This document shows positions 26,071 through 39,303 of a stretch of 64,000 nt of DNA, piece after piece; position 1 is the stretch's first letter; each line of letters starts with the position of its first letter. The stretch spans positions 89,280,001 to 89,344,000 of the forward strand of contig OZ024740.1 of NCBI GenBank assembly GCA_964016885.1. Reading direction: 5' to 3'. Below the pieces are notes generated by a model. It had not been told where the DNA came from. It did no database searches and was given only the letters and a program-made list of their open reading frames with translations. A program made the position numbers and the translations under genes. This stretch comes from Eledone cirrhosa. Taxonomy: Eukaryota.

Positions 26071-26943
26071 TATAAAGGTACAGAGTGGAATGCAAGCGAC
26101 ATATTATAAGGGAATAGTATAAAAATTAAAGAGGCATTAAGGTAGAAAGTTACTCGTAAAATGATGACACTAGCAGTACATATGCAAGCGTTAAGAGAGT
26201 GCAAATGCATTAGTCATATATAGGGAGGAAACAAGCAAGGGTATTAAGCATATATAATTTATTGCAAGGCAAAGATATCACATGAAATAAGCATATCATG
26301 CAAAGCTGTTTTTGTATTAAAACTATGGCTTTATGGTGTATGTAGTGTGACTGTTGTTTCTGTAAAGTTCAAATGTATATGTGCTGAGAGTATCAATGTT
26401 ATTGCTATCTTTTCCATTACATTGGCTATGTTTTATTTTAGTGAATGTTTTTCATCAGTCACAGCCATGGATTGTACACCGGTCCTATTATATTGCTATC
26501 AGGGTTTCAAGTTTCTCTGGAGTGATTTTACTAACTGTTTAATTTCTGGAAGTGAGTTTGATCTATATTAAGTGTAGCTAATACGAAAGGGGAGGTAACT
26601 AGCGATTACATTGTATATGATAGAAATTAGAAAAATTAGAAAAATGTAAAGTTGTTTACAGTTCCAATCTGCTAACATCTTTGTGTTGATATACATTATA
26701 TTACAAGTGAACCCATTTTATATAATGCTATTAGTTTATATTTAATTTTGAATATAATCTATTTTCCTATAATACAATAAAGGTCTCATTATATTGTTCT
26801 ATTATATTGTTATCTATTCATTACTAATAAAGTATAAGAAAGTTACAGGAAAAAAATGTATAGTTGTTTACAGGTCTAATTATTTAAATCTCTTGTGCTA
26901 TTAATATACATTATATTATGTTATAAGTGAATCCCATATATAT

Positions 26944-27050
26944 AATTGTTTCTACTTTTGGCACAAGGCCAGCAATTATCCAGTGTATTACTGGTACTTT
27001 ATTTTATCGACCCCGTAAGGATGAAAGGCAAAGTTAACCTCGGCGGGATT
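26944..27050 (-). mobile_element. 5'-truncated SINE
   Basis: 3' half of the SINE consensus. Confidence 0.85.
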
Positions 27051-28651
27051 AATGCTATTAATTTATATATATTTAATTATAAATATAATTTATTTTTCTA
27101 TACTACATTAAGTGTCTCATCATATTAATATCTATCCATTACTGAATATAATATAAGCAAGCTATAGTGGTTATATTAAATGGTGTTAGCTTTGTGTTTA
27201 TTCTAAATAGTTATTGTAGAGTATAAAGTTAGAGAAAAAAAGGAGTTAGTAGAGTGATGAGCTGATCAAAGAGTGAGATACTTATATGCCGATAATACCT
27301 AGAGGTGAGGTGTTAATGGTGGTGAGGAATTCAGATCTGAGATTGTTATATATTAGCAGCTAGGTTTGAAAAGAATGTCTGTGGTAGTGCTGGCACATTG
27401 AAAAAATCTCTGACGTTATATTTAGGAGGTCTAGCTTAGAATAGATTATTGTTTGGCTCTCTAGAAGACAGAGGTTACATAATTTATTTGGTGGTTTATA
27501 CGATGCCGCCCTATCTACTATCTCCCATTGAAGTGTATATGGTTCATTCCTAGTTTTCAGAGAGTGTATGTAGCTAGATAAAAAGTGGAGGTTGCGATTT
27601 TTGAAAGTGTGGATATGCGAGGTATATCTCGTCTTCAAGCTGTTTGAAGTTGAACGTATATATTTTTTAGAAGAGTTGTTTGTGTTGACCGTGCATGAGT
27701 AAATTATGTCTTTGATTAAGCAATTTTTAACTAAGGGGCAAGTTCTATCTTTTCTCCAGTTACAGTTATTCTATTTGTTTGCTTACAGGTTACTATGTTG
27801 TGTAGATGCCTGGTTGATAGCATTAGGGTAATGATGGTTGTCGTTCCCATTGTTATTAATGTCATTAGTGCTATTATCATTATTATTATTGCTACTAGAA
27901 ATCTTTGGTACTATGTTGCCTTGTAAGTTTACCCACTGTTGTGATTTAATTAGTTGGAAATAATTATTAAACTTCCTTTTATTACTACTAACTATATGGT
28001 ATGAGATGTTAGGTGTGGTAGAGTAAGTGATGTTAATGGTATTTTTATTGATAATATTATGGTATTTGTGGCCGGCTGGGAAGTTTTTTTGCTAGGATTG
28101 AGAAGAAAGCCTTCGGTAAGTTGGTAGAGACGTTTAGATTGAAAGGGAGATTGAAGAATCTATTGTTTCTTCTCCTATTTTTGATTTTTATAATTTTATT
28201 TGAAGTATTGATTATATTTCTGTTTATACTATTATGGTGGTGTTTATTCTGGTGCGAGTTAAGTTTAACATTACCATTTGTATTAGAGATAGAGTGACTA
28301 GTACTTTTATTGTTTCTCATGGCCATATTGTAAGAAATAATGTTGCACCTAGGTGATTTTATAGGTAGAAATTTAATCTCATTGTTATGTCCTAATTTAG
28401 CTAAGGCCTCATTATAGTATTGGGAATTATTTTAAAATATTGTTTCGTTATATGATAGATTAGAGATTCTATTTGATATTCCTTTAGTAATTGAGTTTAA
28501 TATAGATTTAGGGGGGTTAGAGTTGATATCTATAGTACAGTTTTTTTTCCTTTGGTTTATGAAAGGGTGTATATATTTTAGAGTCCAGGTAAAGGATAAC
28601 ATCAAGGAAGTTAACGTTTTTAGAGTTTTTAACTAAGGTGATACCTAACCT

Positions 28652-29180
28652 TTATTAAAAAGACCTAAGAATGAATCAAATCCTCCAAACGCACAACATA
28701 ATAAAGAGCAAATGACAAGCCAAATCAATAAAAAACATCCTTACACAGGCCAAAGTCAGGCCGACCCTCACAATGAACGCTACAGCAAAACCAAATGGGG
28801 AAGACCCAACTCTGGTATATATGTATCAATCTAATAGAGGGGTCGGAGTTCCACTTCCAACAAGGCCAGAACTTTACAGTTAATACAATTTCACATGTAC
28901 ATCAGAAAACCTGATTTATGTGTTGATTTGCTCAGGTTGTCGAGAGCACTACATAGGACAGACCAAAAATAGCCTCCACCAACGTATAACCGACCATAGA
29001 TCCCAAATTGAAATACGGCAATAAAGAAAGATAGCACTGAGTGAACACATCGCGACTTGGGCATCTAATGAACAACCCAATTTCAGAATCTTTCCCCTCT
29101 ACAAATTTAAAGACAAGGATACCTACATACAGCACATTAGCAAGGAATCACACTTTATCGCTAAATACTTCTAAATACTT
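28652..29180 (+). pseudogene. Neptune-type PLE GIY-YIG endonuclease fragment
   Basis: CTSENLIYVLICSGCREHYIGQTKNSLHQRITDHRSQI..LSEHI..KESHFI translated from about 28895 onward. Confidence 0.8.
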
Positions 29181-30007
29181 TATCGCTAAATACATCTAAA
29201 TACTTCTAAATGCTTCCCCTTCGGACTAAACTAAAGCTGGCACACTTTAAAATTGACACCCTAGACAAATTAACTCTTTAGCAATGTATCCTTCTCCAAA
29301 GTTCCAACAACTTCTGACAACTATTTAACGCAGACCAAGCAACCACATATAAACACCAAAACCAAATAGTTCTTGAGGACTTTCAGGAAGATATTCGGAT
29401 AAATATGAGCATTAAGGTGTCAAAGTAAATTCTTTATAATATGTACGACCCTGTACGTTTTAGATTTGAATCTCATCTATGTCATCCTTCTTCCTCACCC
29501 TTCATGGACCTACAATATAGTTGGACGGTTGCTTTCCCTTATAGAATCGATCAAATCTCTTTTGTCCATTCCCCCAAATCTAGAAGTTTCTGCTGAAGAT
29601 AGAAGGGGTATTCCAGTGGTTCTGAACCCCTTTTTGTGGCAACATTTTCTCCATTCCCCTGAATCTGGATGTTTCTGCTAGTGATTGAAGTAGTATTTCA
29701 GTAACTCTGAATCTTCTTTGTGGCAAAAAGCATGGTCAATGTTGATGATAAAATACCGAGATAAATATTTTTAGAAACAATCCCCCTCTCCGCAGTCAAC
29801 TCTAAGATCAACCGTCCTTTCAAACCAGCCACAGCTAGGCCTTGCAGCCATTCTTGAAAAGGACTTTCAAAACAGTCTACCACCACAATTATCCCCTGCC
29901 TCCTCCTTCTTTTTATCCTCTCCCCTTCTCTTTCTACCCTCTCCTCCTACTTCTCCCCCAACTACTATCAATCAAAACCAAACTATTAACAGAGAAAGAA
30001 CAGAGAT

Positions 30008-31487
30008 GCGTCGTGGGGCGCTGGACGGACGGACCGGTAAAGTTGCTCGCGGTTTGGTTCGGACCAGACCTCCAGGTGGAAAAGAATTGGGACGTGGTAA
30101 CGAGCAGAGTAGCCAGTCTCACCCAAAAATGGGCTGGGAGGAAGCAATCACTGAAAGGTCGCGCGGAGGTGGCGAATGCGTACATCGCGTCCGTCATCTA
30201 CTACCACCTGACCGTCGCGCCTTGTCCCCGTCTGCGCCTCGTCAAGTTGGAACTGATCCTCTTCAAATTCTTGTGGAGGGTACAAGTTCCATTGGTGAGG
30301 CGGTACTTCTGCTGCCAGCACCCTCTACGCAGAGGGCTGGGCATGCCGTTGCTAATGATGCGCAGACATGCGTTGATACTGCGACATCTCCAGATATTTT
30401 GCCTCAACGGTGAGCAGGTGTGGTCGCCGTTTATCAGACGACCCTTTTCGCAGCTCATTTCTTTGACTGAGCTCCAGTCCTGGGTCAAGAAGAGACCGAC
30501 AATGGGTGACTGGCACCTGGAATGTTGCCAGGCACCCACTGCCCTCTACCAAGAGGGCAATGCCATCAGTGGAACTTCCACTCTCGAGTTCTATAGAGGA
30601 TTATTGGTGGGCAAGTGCGATGACGCACTCGGTGAAGCTTTGGGCCTCGACGAATTCGAACTGACCAGTCTGTACCGGAGGACTTTTGAGCCGGGGGACG
30701 CTGGACAATTTCCAGAAATCCCTCGCTTAGCTGTGCTACCGGGGGGCACTGCCGGTTCGGGATAAACTCTACAGGCACGGAAGTGCTGTCAGACGGACCT
30801 GCCCAAGATGCGCACAGAACGACAAAACCGTTCTGCCCGCACTTGTCCAATGTCCGTGCATTACTGACTTGTGGAGTTATGTCGAACAGGTACTGTCGCG
30901 TGTAGAACGAATCCAGCTATCGGCCGAGTCCATAGTGAGGATCGGTCCACCGCCTTCCTTAGGTCAGGAAGTGCAGGAAATTTTCCTCTGTTTGGTGGCA
31001 GTTGCTAAAGAGGTTATATGGTGGACCAGGTTAAGAGGACTGAAGACAGACACGTTTCTCTTCGGCCAATCCCTCATCAACTTCTTCAAGTTTCACCTGG
31101 AAAGGAAGGTGAGGGTGGAGAGAGAAGTACTGCCCCTCAGTACATTTGCTAAAAGGTGGACGAATGTGGCGAGAATGGCCCGTGTGAATGGGCCTACTCT
31201 GATCATGCACCTATAGGCTAGCTAACTTGAGGGTGCTCTCCCTGGGTGTCCTAGAAGCGCAAGGTGGTTCAGGATTTGTGGTGTACCCGAGTCACCCCAG
31301 GGTCGTCCACCCCCTATCGGGGAATTTATTTTGTTATATTTATGCATAGTTTATTTTATATTTTTATATTTTCATTGTTAAATTAGTCTTGCCATTGTGC
31401 ACTTTTACTCGACCTTATTGTAAACCCCCACTGTCTCTGTCTTTGTATTGTCCCCTACATGTCGGCCCTTGTGGCTAATAAATGAAA

Positions 31488-31552
<65 letters not shown>
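30008..31552 (+). mobile_element. 5'-truncated, diverged Tx1 subfamily copy with (TTA)n tail
   Basis: Homologous to ORF2 from about 36117; frameshifts; different 3' UTR but similar terminus. Confidence 0.9.
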
Positions 31553-31769
31553 GAATGCTATGGTTGACGGAGGCTCGGCTCTGTAAGGTACTGTAAATTT
31601 TGAACGCTTTAACAATTGTAAATTGTTTAAAACTTAGACCAACTTGTAGACAAAAACACCTTCCTCCTCGTGAGAGGGCTCTTTCTGCCCGTTATTTGGC
31701 CCTTCGGGGTTAAATAACTGCTTATTGGGGGTTTGTGCCCAATATTTATTTTAAACAAAAAAAAACAAC

Positions 31770-33867
31770 ATGGCTACGAAAAAGAATTTGCATAGGTCAC
31801 TCCCACTCATTCCGTCTTCTTCTTCCTCAATCGTCACTACAGCAGAGAGAAGATTGTCTCTCCCCCCCCCTTCTTTAAATGTGTCTCTCTCCCTCCCTTC
31901 TCTTTCGCAAGTGACGAAAGAAAAGTCTCGTGCAAAGCATGCAAGGTTTCTCCACGACGAAGACGACAGCGACGAAACAGGTGTGCGGGAAATACGAAAA
32001 CCCAGTTCATTCGTCTGACGTCAGGAATAATAGCAGTAGCAGCCGTAATAACAACAGCAACAGTGACAATGAAAACAACAGTAGCAGCCGCAACAGTATC
32101 ACCAGCAGCATAAACAACAACAGCATTAGCAGCAGCAACACCAACAACAACCACAGCAACAGCGGCGAAGGCAGTAGTCGTAGTACCTGCAGCAAGAACA
32201 AAAGTAACAGCAGCTCTGACGACAACAACAACAACAGCAGCAAAGAAGAAGCAATCTCATTTGCAGGTATTGCGAAAAACTTGGAACCAATCCTCATAAC
32301 AAATGAGGAATTAGAGGAAGCGAAGAAGATGGTGACAAAGAATGGACACCGAGCAATCTGCAAGGCAGCGGAAAATTTTTTCGAAACCCAACAGCACTGT
32401 ACGGTCACGTACCGTACAGTAAGTACAAAATTTCGTAGGGTGGAAAGAGCCACAGAGGCCCAAATACAAAAAGCCTTGGGGTCTGTGTGGCAGCGGAAAA
32501 CGCACATCACCCGAGGCAAAAAATATGCCACCGTAGACGTACTTTTTACCACACCCCAGGAGGCAAAGGCCCAATCCGTAGTGACCCTAAGGAGCGAGGA
32601 AATGGTGTTGGTGCCCTCCTACTGCGGGCAAAAAATTGTGAGGGTCAAACTGACCCACGTCCCCCCCCGGAATGGCCCCTTCTTGGCTTGCCGCGTCTGT
32701 CCTCGTCGGAATCGAGGACAAAACAACTGTACTGCAAGTACAGAAAAAAGTAAGAGAAGATTGGGTCGGCACCTCCATTGAGATGCTCATCCAAACCCAC
32801 CAGGAGTGCATCGAAGCTATCCCGGATGTGATAGATTTCGATAACGGCACTCAACTGCCCATAAGTGTTGAGGGCAAACGCCCGAAATGCTTTCGCTGTG
32901 GATCGAAGACTCACCTCAGGGCCTTCTGCAACGAGAAGACCCTTAGAAAGGAGAAAACCCCCTCCTTCCGAATCCGGCTCCACGGCTACAAGCAACAGGA
33001 CACGCGGCAACCAGGAACGATAGGTCCGTGGCACCCATACCCACGCCACGGAAATCAAAAACAGCATCAGCAGTGGAAATATTAACAACAACAACATCAA
33101 TACCAAATGCAGCTGCAACAGAGACTCCAGTGCAAACATCACCAACAACAACAAGTGAAAGAGTGGAGCTGGTACCCCTCCCCGACCTCACAGAATCAGA
33201 CATGGAGTGTGAGGTGGGAGAAGGATGGCAAAAGGTCGTAAGAAGGCACAAACGCAGAAGCAGCGCATCGTCGCCTTTGAAAAGGGAGGAAAGAAATGAG
33301 AAAAGGGTAAAGTCTACTGCAAAGAGACCCACAGCAGCAACACCACCAACACCATCACCACCCACACTAGCACCACCATCACCACCGGCGACAACCCCAC
33401 CGCCAACAACATCTTCAACACCACCACCACACGCACCAACATCGCAAACACAACAACAAAACACACACACCCAGCAACAACGACAAGAAAATAGCAGAAC
33501 CACACCCCACCCCCAGAAATATAAATGCACGGCAATAAATACACACAACAAGAAACTAATGACTTACATAATTGAACACACAGACATTTCACAACAGGAC
33601 TACATAATACCAGCACCAATCAAAACGCCAACTAACATAAGACTGCTAAAAATAGCACAGAAACAATACACAAACATTAAAACGAAATTCCCCAACGCAG
33701 TTGGTGATTTCAGGGTCCTAGGAGGAACCATCAATCGAAGAGTATATTCAGACATTCTCTTAGAAGAGCCGACGACCAGCCGAAGGGACGATTCAACGGT
33801 CTCTTCACCAGACGATCAAGTGAAAAGGGATGTAAAAACCATCCCTCCTCTACCAAAAGTACGGTAA
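31770..33867 (+). CDS. Tx1 ORF1 (gag-like, CCHC zinc knuckle) split by about 3 frameshifts
   Basis: EGKRPKCFRCGSKTHLRAFC, S/N-rich and P/T-rich low-complexity tracts, WQKV motif. Confidence 0.8.
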
Positions 33868-33902
33868 GTGGTCTTTCCCATCTTTTCCACTCTATTTTAA
33901 AC

Positions 33903-36900
33903 ATGACCTCACTCAGAATAGGCAGCATAAATGCGCGTGGCTTGGGGTCGTCATGGAAGCAGGGTCACCTGCTCAACGACCTCGGGTCACTAAACATAGA
34001 TGTAGTGGCCATCAGCGAGACCAGAATCTCCGAAGCACGGGCCTTGGCACCGATCTTCGGCGGCTACGATGTGTACGCATCTCCCAGCCGTCCTGGATCG
34101 GAGGAGGAGTTGCTGTGCTTTTTCGGAGAGGTTTGGATCTCGCCATACGGGCCATCTTCCTGGACCCAGAGCGTAAGCTGGTGGTGCTGGACGTGACCAG
34201 CGGAGACGGGCAAGCTTTCAGGCTAGTGGCCGTCGTTGCCCCGACAGGAGCAGGGCGGCCTGATTTCTTCCGGCGTCTGGAGACCTTTCTTGGAACGTCC
34301 CGCTCTTTAGAGTTAGTGGGCGACTGGAACGGGATCTTAGATGCACACTGGGACTGTGTGGGATTAGCGGATAGGGGTGGAGGGTGCAAGAGCCTCACCA
34401 ACCTGATCAGGCGTTCTGAACTGTCTGACTGGTACCGATTGGATTTCCCGAATGCGCCAATGTGGAATTGGACAAATCACATAGGGTCATCCAGATCATA
34501 TCTAGATAGAGTATTTTGTAGGGAAATAGATAGGTCTAGCATAGGCTGCCCACAATTCAAGATAGTCAGCTACACGGACCACAAATTCGTGATTTGTGTG
34601 CTTGACGTAGATAGGCTTCATAGACGAGGACCCGGCTACTGGAAGCTAAACGCGTCCTTACCAGCGCGCAAGGCCTACAGAGACCGGGTTAGCGAACTAG
34701 TTAAGCGGACGTTGACGGGGGCCATCGTCAACAACAAGTGGTGGTTTGCTCTGAAAAGAGCGATTAGAATAGAATCGATTAGGTTTAGTAAGGCTTTAGC
34801 AATAGAGAAAAATAGAGCAGAGGGAGAACTAGTTAGAAAATTAGACGAGGCGCTTAGCAAAGGCATTGCAACCGACGTGCTTGCGGCGAAATTGGCCCTT
34901 GACCAATTCTTCAATGCAAAGCACGAAGGCTGCGTTGTCAGAGCAAGGGTGCGTGCTCTCAGACACGAGGGGACGAAAGCCGTTCAATGGGCCCGAGTGG
35001 CGGAGGCGCGTCGTGGCAACAAAGCCACGATCCGGTCTTTGGTGGACCACGACGGGCGCATGCTACTCGATCCCGGGCAAATGTGTGAAGCTTTTCAGCG
35101 ACACTTCGCTCAGCTGTTCGGGGGCAGCAGTGGGCCGGGTAGAGGGATGGACTTTAGTGTCTACCTCGACGGACTGCCGCGGCTCTCGGCCACTGAGGCG
35201 AAGTGTTGCGAAAAGGCGATACAGCCGCTGAAGTAAGGGAGGCAATGACTGGCTGCACAAGGGGGAAATCGCCTGGTTTGGATGGTCTGCCCTATGAACT
35301 TTACGTACAGATACCAGACTTGTTCGGAGGCCTCTTGGCGGACGTCTACTGCAACTGGCAACAGAACGGGAGAATTCACAGTTATGTGAGCCGAGGAGCG
35401 ATGGCACTGCTGAGAAAGGATCCGAACAAGGGGGATAACATAGAAAATTTCCGGCCCATAACTCTGCTAAACGCAGAGTTTAAGATTTTGGCCAAGGTGC
35501 TAGCAAAGAGGTTGGCGCTTGTCGTTGGTGGTCTGGTGGGAGAGGCGCAGACATGCGCCATTCCCGACAGATCCATCCACGACAACCTCCACCTCATGCG
35601 ATACATCGTAGAGAGGGTAGCTAGGGAACCTGGCACGGGTGGGTCCTTGATCAATTTAGATCAGTCGAAAGCTTTCGATAGGGTCGACCATCGTTACCTA
35701 GCGGCAGTCCTGAGGGCGGCTGGCTTTGGGCCCGTCTTCAGAGGCTGGATCGCTGCCATGCACAGCGACATCTGCTCTGTGGTGAGAGTGAACGGTCACC
35801 TGTCGGAACCGTTCAACATCATGCGCTCGGTCCGCCAAGGATGTCCCCTCTCGTCCCTCTTGTACGTATTGACTCTCGAGCCATTACTGCACAAACTGGA
35901 GACGTTGAGGGGAGTCCCGCGCGAACTAGGATGCGGAAGATCCGTGTCAGCATATGCGGACGATGTCACCGTAGTGGTGTCGAACGCCAAACACATCGAG
36001 GCGATCGGCACTACACTAAGAGAATACGAAGCGGTGACAGGAGCAATGATCAACCAGGAAAAGTCAGTGGGCCTGCAGCTCGGCACCTGGAGAGGCAGGT
36101 CCATGCCGTCCAACAGCGTCGTCGGGCGCTGGACGGAAGGACCGGTTAAATTGCTAGGGGTCTGGTTCGGTCCGGACCTCCAGACGGACAAAAACTGGGA
36201 CGAGGTGACGAGCAGGGTGGCTTCTCTCACCCAGAAATGGGCGGAGAGGAAGCTATCCCTGAAAGGTCGAGCGGAGGTGGCTAACGCGTACATCGCGTCT
36301 GTCATCTGCTACCGCCTAACCGTCGTACCTTGTCCTAAGCCTCGCCTGACTGCGCTGGAGCGTTTGCTCTTTCGCTTTTTGTGGAAGGGACGTGCTCCGA
36401 TGGTCAGGCGGTCCATCTGTTGTCAACACCCGCTACGTGGAGGGCTGGGCATGCCGTGGCTGATGATGCGCAGGCACGCGCTCAGGCTACGACATCTCCA
36501 CCTCTTCCTCGACGGTGATCAGGTGTGGTCGCCGTTTGCTAGACGCGTTTTTCCCCAGCACGTTTCCTTGACGGAGCTGCAGTCCTGGGTCAAGCGAAGA
36601 CCGAGAGGGAGCGCCTGGAGACTGGAATGTCTTCAGGCGCTCACAGCCCTCGACCAATCGGGCAATGTGATCGGTGGAAACTCCACCTCGGCGTTCTATA
36701 GAGGATTAGTGGAGGGGAAGAGCGACGACGTACTTGGGGAAACTCTAGGCGTCGACGAAAATAAACTAGCCAATCTCTCCGGAAGAATTTTCGGGCCAGG
36801 GCCTATGGACAACTTCCAGAAATCTCTGGCCTGGCAGTGCTACCGAGGAGCCTTGCCAGTTCGGGATAAACTCTACAGGCATGGAGGTGCCGTCAGCCGG

Positions 36901-37320
36901 GCATGTCCGAGATGCGCGCAGGGCGACGAAACCGTCCTGCACGCACTCGTCCAGTGTCCGAAAATTGCTGACTTGTGGGTTTATGTCGAACACCTGCTGT
37001 CGCGTTTAGGACGAATCCAGCTATCATCTGAGTCTATCGTGAGGATTGCCCCGCCCTCCTCCTTTAGCCGGGAAGGGCATGCAGTTTTTATCTGTCTGGT
37101 GGCCATGGCGAAAGAGATAGTATGGTGGACACGTTTGAAAGGGCTGAAGACGAGCACTTACCTCTTCGGTGATGCTCTGATTGACTTTTTCAAATTTCAT
37201 TTGAAAAGGAAAATCAGAGTAGAGAAGGAAGTGCTCTCTTCCCAGCATTTTGCTGAAAGATGGGTGAGAGAAGCAAGAATGGCCCGAGTGAATGGGCCGA
37301 CTCTGAGTATATATCTGTAA
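33903..37320 (+). CDS. Tx1 ORF2 (APE endonuclease, RT, zf-RVT) with 2 frameshifts near 34095 and 35220
   Basis: SINARG, SET, GDWN, LDR, TDH; KSPGLDGL, FRPITLLN, DQSKAFD, RQGCPLS, YADD. Confidence 0.93.
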
Positions 37321-37581
37321 ACTAAAGGTGGAAAACTGGGAGAGGGCACTTGCCTTGGTGGTCAGGGTCATTGTGGCTTTTTACTGGGCTTTCTCCACAA
37401 ATGTCCCTCCGAAGTCTCCCCCCTATTGGGGAATTTTTCATTGTTATTTTCATTGTTATTTTTGTTACATCCTCTGTTTTTGTTTTTTTTACACGCAGAC
37501 ATGCCCATTTGTACCGTCCTGCATTGTCCTGCACTGTCCTTAATGTCTACTTTATGTAAACCCTTGTGGTTAATAAAGAAA

Positions 37582-37644
<63 letters not shown>

Positions 37645-37646
<2 letters not shown>

Positions 37647-39221
37647 CACTAAGAGAATACCAAGTGGTGACAGGAGCAATGATCAACCAGGAAAAGTCAG
37701 TGGGCCTGCAGCTCGGCACCTGGAGAGGCAGGTCCATGCCGCCAACAGCGTCATCGGGCGCTGGACGGACGGACCGGTTAAATTGCTAGGGGTCTGGTTC
37801 GGTCCAGACCTCCAGACGGACATAAACTAGGACGAGGTGACGAGCAGGGTGGCTTCTCTAAGCCAGAAATGGGCCGAGAGGAAGCTATCCCTCAAAGGTC
37901 GAGCGGAGGTGGCTAACGCGTACATCGCGTCCGTCATCTACTACAGCCTGACCGTCGTACCTTGTCCTAAGCCCCGCCTGACTGAGCTGGAGCGTTTGCT
38001 CTTTCGCTTTTTGTGGAAGGGACGCGCTCTGATGGTCAGGCGGTCCATCTGCTGTCAACACCCGCTACGTGGAGGGCTGGGTATGCCGTGACTGATGATG
38101 CGCAGACACGCGCTCAGGCTACGACATCTCCACCTCTTCCTCGACGGTGATCAGGTGTGGTCCCCGTTTCCTAGACACGTTTATCCCCAGCTCGTCTCCT
38201 TGACGGAACTGCAGTCCTGGGTCAAGCGAAACCGAAAGGGAGCGCTTGGAGACTGGAATGTCTTCAGGCGCTCACAGCCCTCGACCAATCGGGCAATGTG
38301 ATCGGTGGAAACTCCACCTTGGCGTTCTTTAGGGGATTAGTGGGGGGTAAGAACGACGACGTACTTGGAGAAACTCTAGGCGTCGACGAAAATCAACTAG
38401 CCAATCTCTTCGGAAGGACTTTCGGGCCGGGGCCTATGGACAACTTCTAGAAATCCCTGGCCTGGCAGTGCTACCGGGGTGCTTTGCCAGTTCGGGATAA
38501 ACTCTACAGGCATGGAGGTGCCGTCAGCCGGGCATGTCCGAGATGCGCACATGGCGACGAAACCGTCCTGCACGCACTCGTCCAGTGTCCGAGCATTGCT
38601 GACTTGTGGGTTTATGTCGAACACCTGCTGTCACGTGTAGGACGGATCCAGCTATCAGCTGAGTCTATCGTGAGGATTGCCCCGCCCTCTTCCTTTAGCC
38701 GAGAAGGGCAGGCAGTTTTTATCTGTCTGGTGGCCATGGCGAAAGAGATAGTATGGTGGACACGTTTGAAAGGGCTGAAGACGAGCACTTACTTCTTCGG
38801 TGATGCCCTGATTAACTTTTTCAAATTTCACTTGAAAAGGAAAATCAGGGTAGAGAGGGAAGTGCTCTCTTCCCAGCATTTTGTTGAAAGATGGGTAAGA
38901 GAAGCAAGTATGGCTCGAATGAATGGGCCTTCTCTGAGTATGTGTCTGTAAATTAAAGGTGGAAAACTGGGAGAGGGCACTTTCCCTGGTGGTCAGGGTC
39001 ACTGTGGTCTTTTAATGGGCTTTCTCCACAAATGTCCCTCGGAAGTCTCCCCCGTATTGGGGAATTTTTCTTTGCTATTATATTACATCCTCTGTTTTTT
39101 ACACGCAGAAATGCCCATTTGTACCGTCCTGTATTGTCCTGCACTGTCCTTAATGTCTACATTATGTAAACCCTTGTGGTTAATAAAGAAAACATTATTA
39201 TTATTATTATTATTATTATTA
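37645..39221 (+). mobile_element. 5'-truncated Tx1 copy in tandem, with stops
   Basis: Begins TACACTAAGAGAATAC (equivalent to 36013) directly after the (TTA)n tract. Confidence 0.92.
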
Positions 39222-39303
39222 CAGTTGCATTTATCTTGCTTTATGTTCATACGAGTTATCACCAAGTCACACATGCATCTTTAGTTTTAGACTTGTGATG
39301 TAC

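Larger units (their letters stand above)
25510..28650 (-). mobile_element. Naiad-type PLE, 5'-truncated and decayed (ORF remnant about 27360-28650)
   Basis: VNFLDVILY; NCNWRKDRTCPLVKNCLIKDIIYSC..YIRSTSNSLKTRY..LCNLCLLE..MCQH. Confidence 0.82.
31553..37644 (+). mobile_element. Full-length Tx1-clade LINE flanked by (TTA)n on both sides
   Basis: 5' UTR, ORF1, ORF2 (APE, RT, zinc finger), 3' UTR and tail. Confidence 0.93.

Noticed and set aside
29586-29705. CTGAAGA..GAAG hammerhead-like motif downstream of the Neptune fragment
   Set aside because: The core is altered and stem III does not pair, so it was not counted.
31655-31745. HDV-like ribozyme in the Tx1 5' UTR (TCCTCG loop-like motif)
   Set aside because: P1, P1.1 (GG) and P2 could not be assembled.
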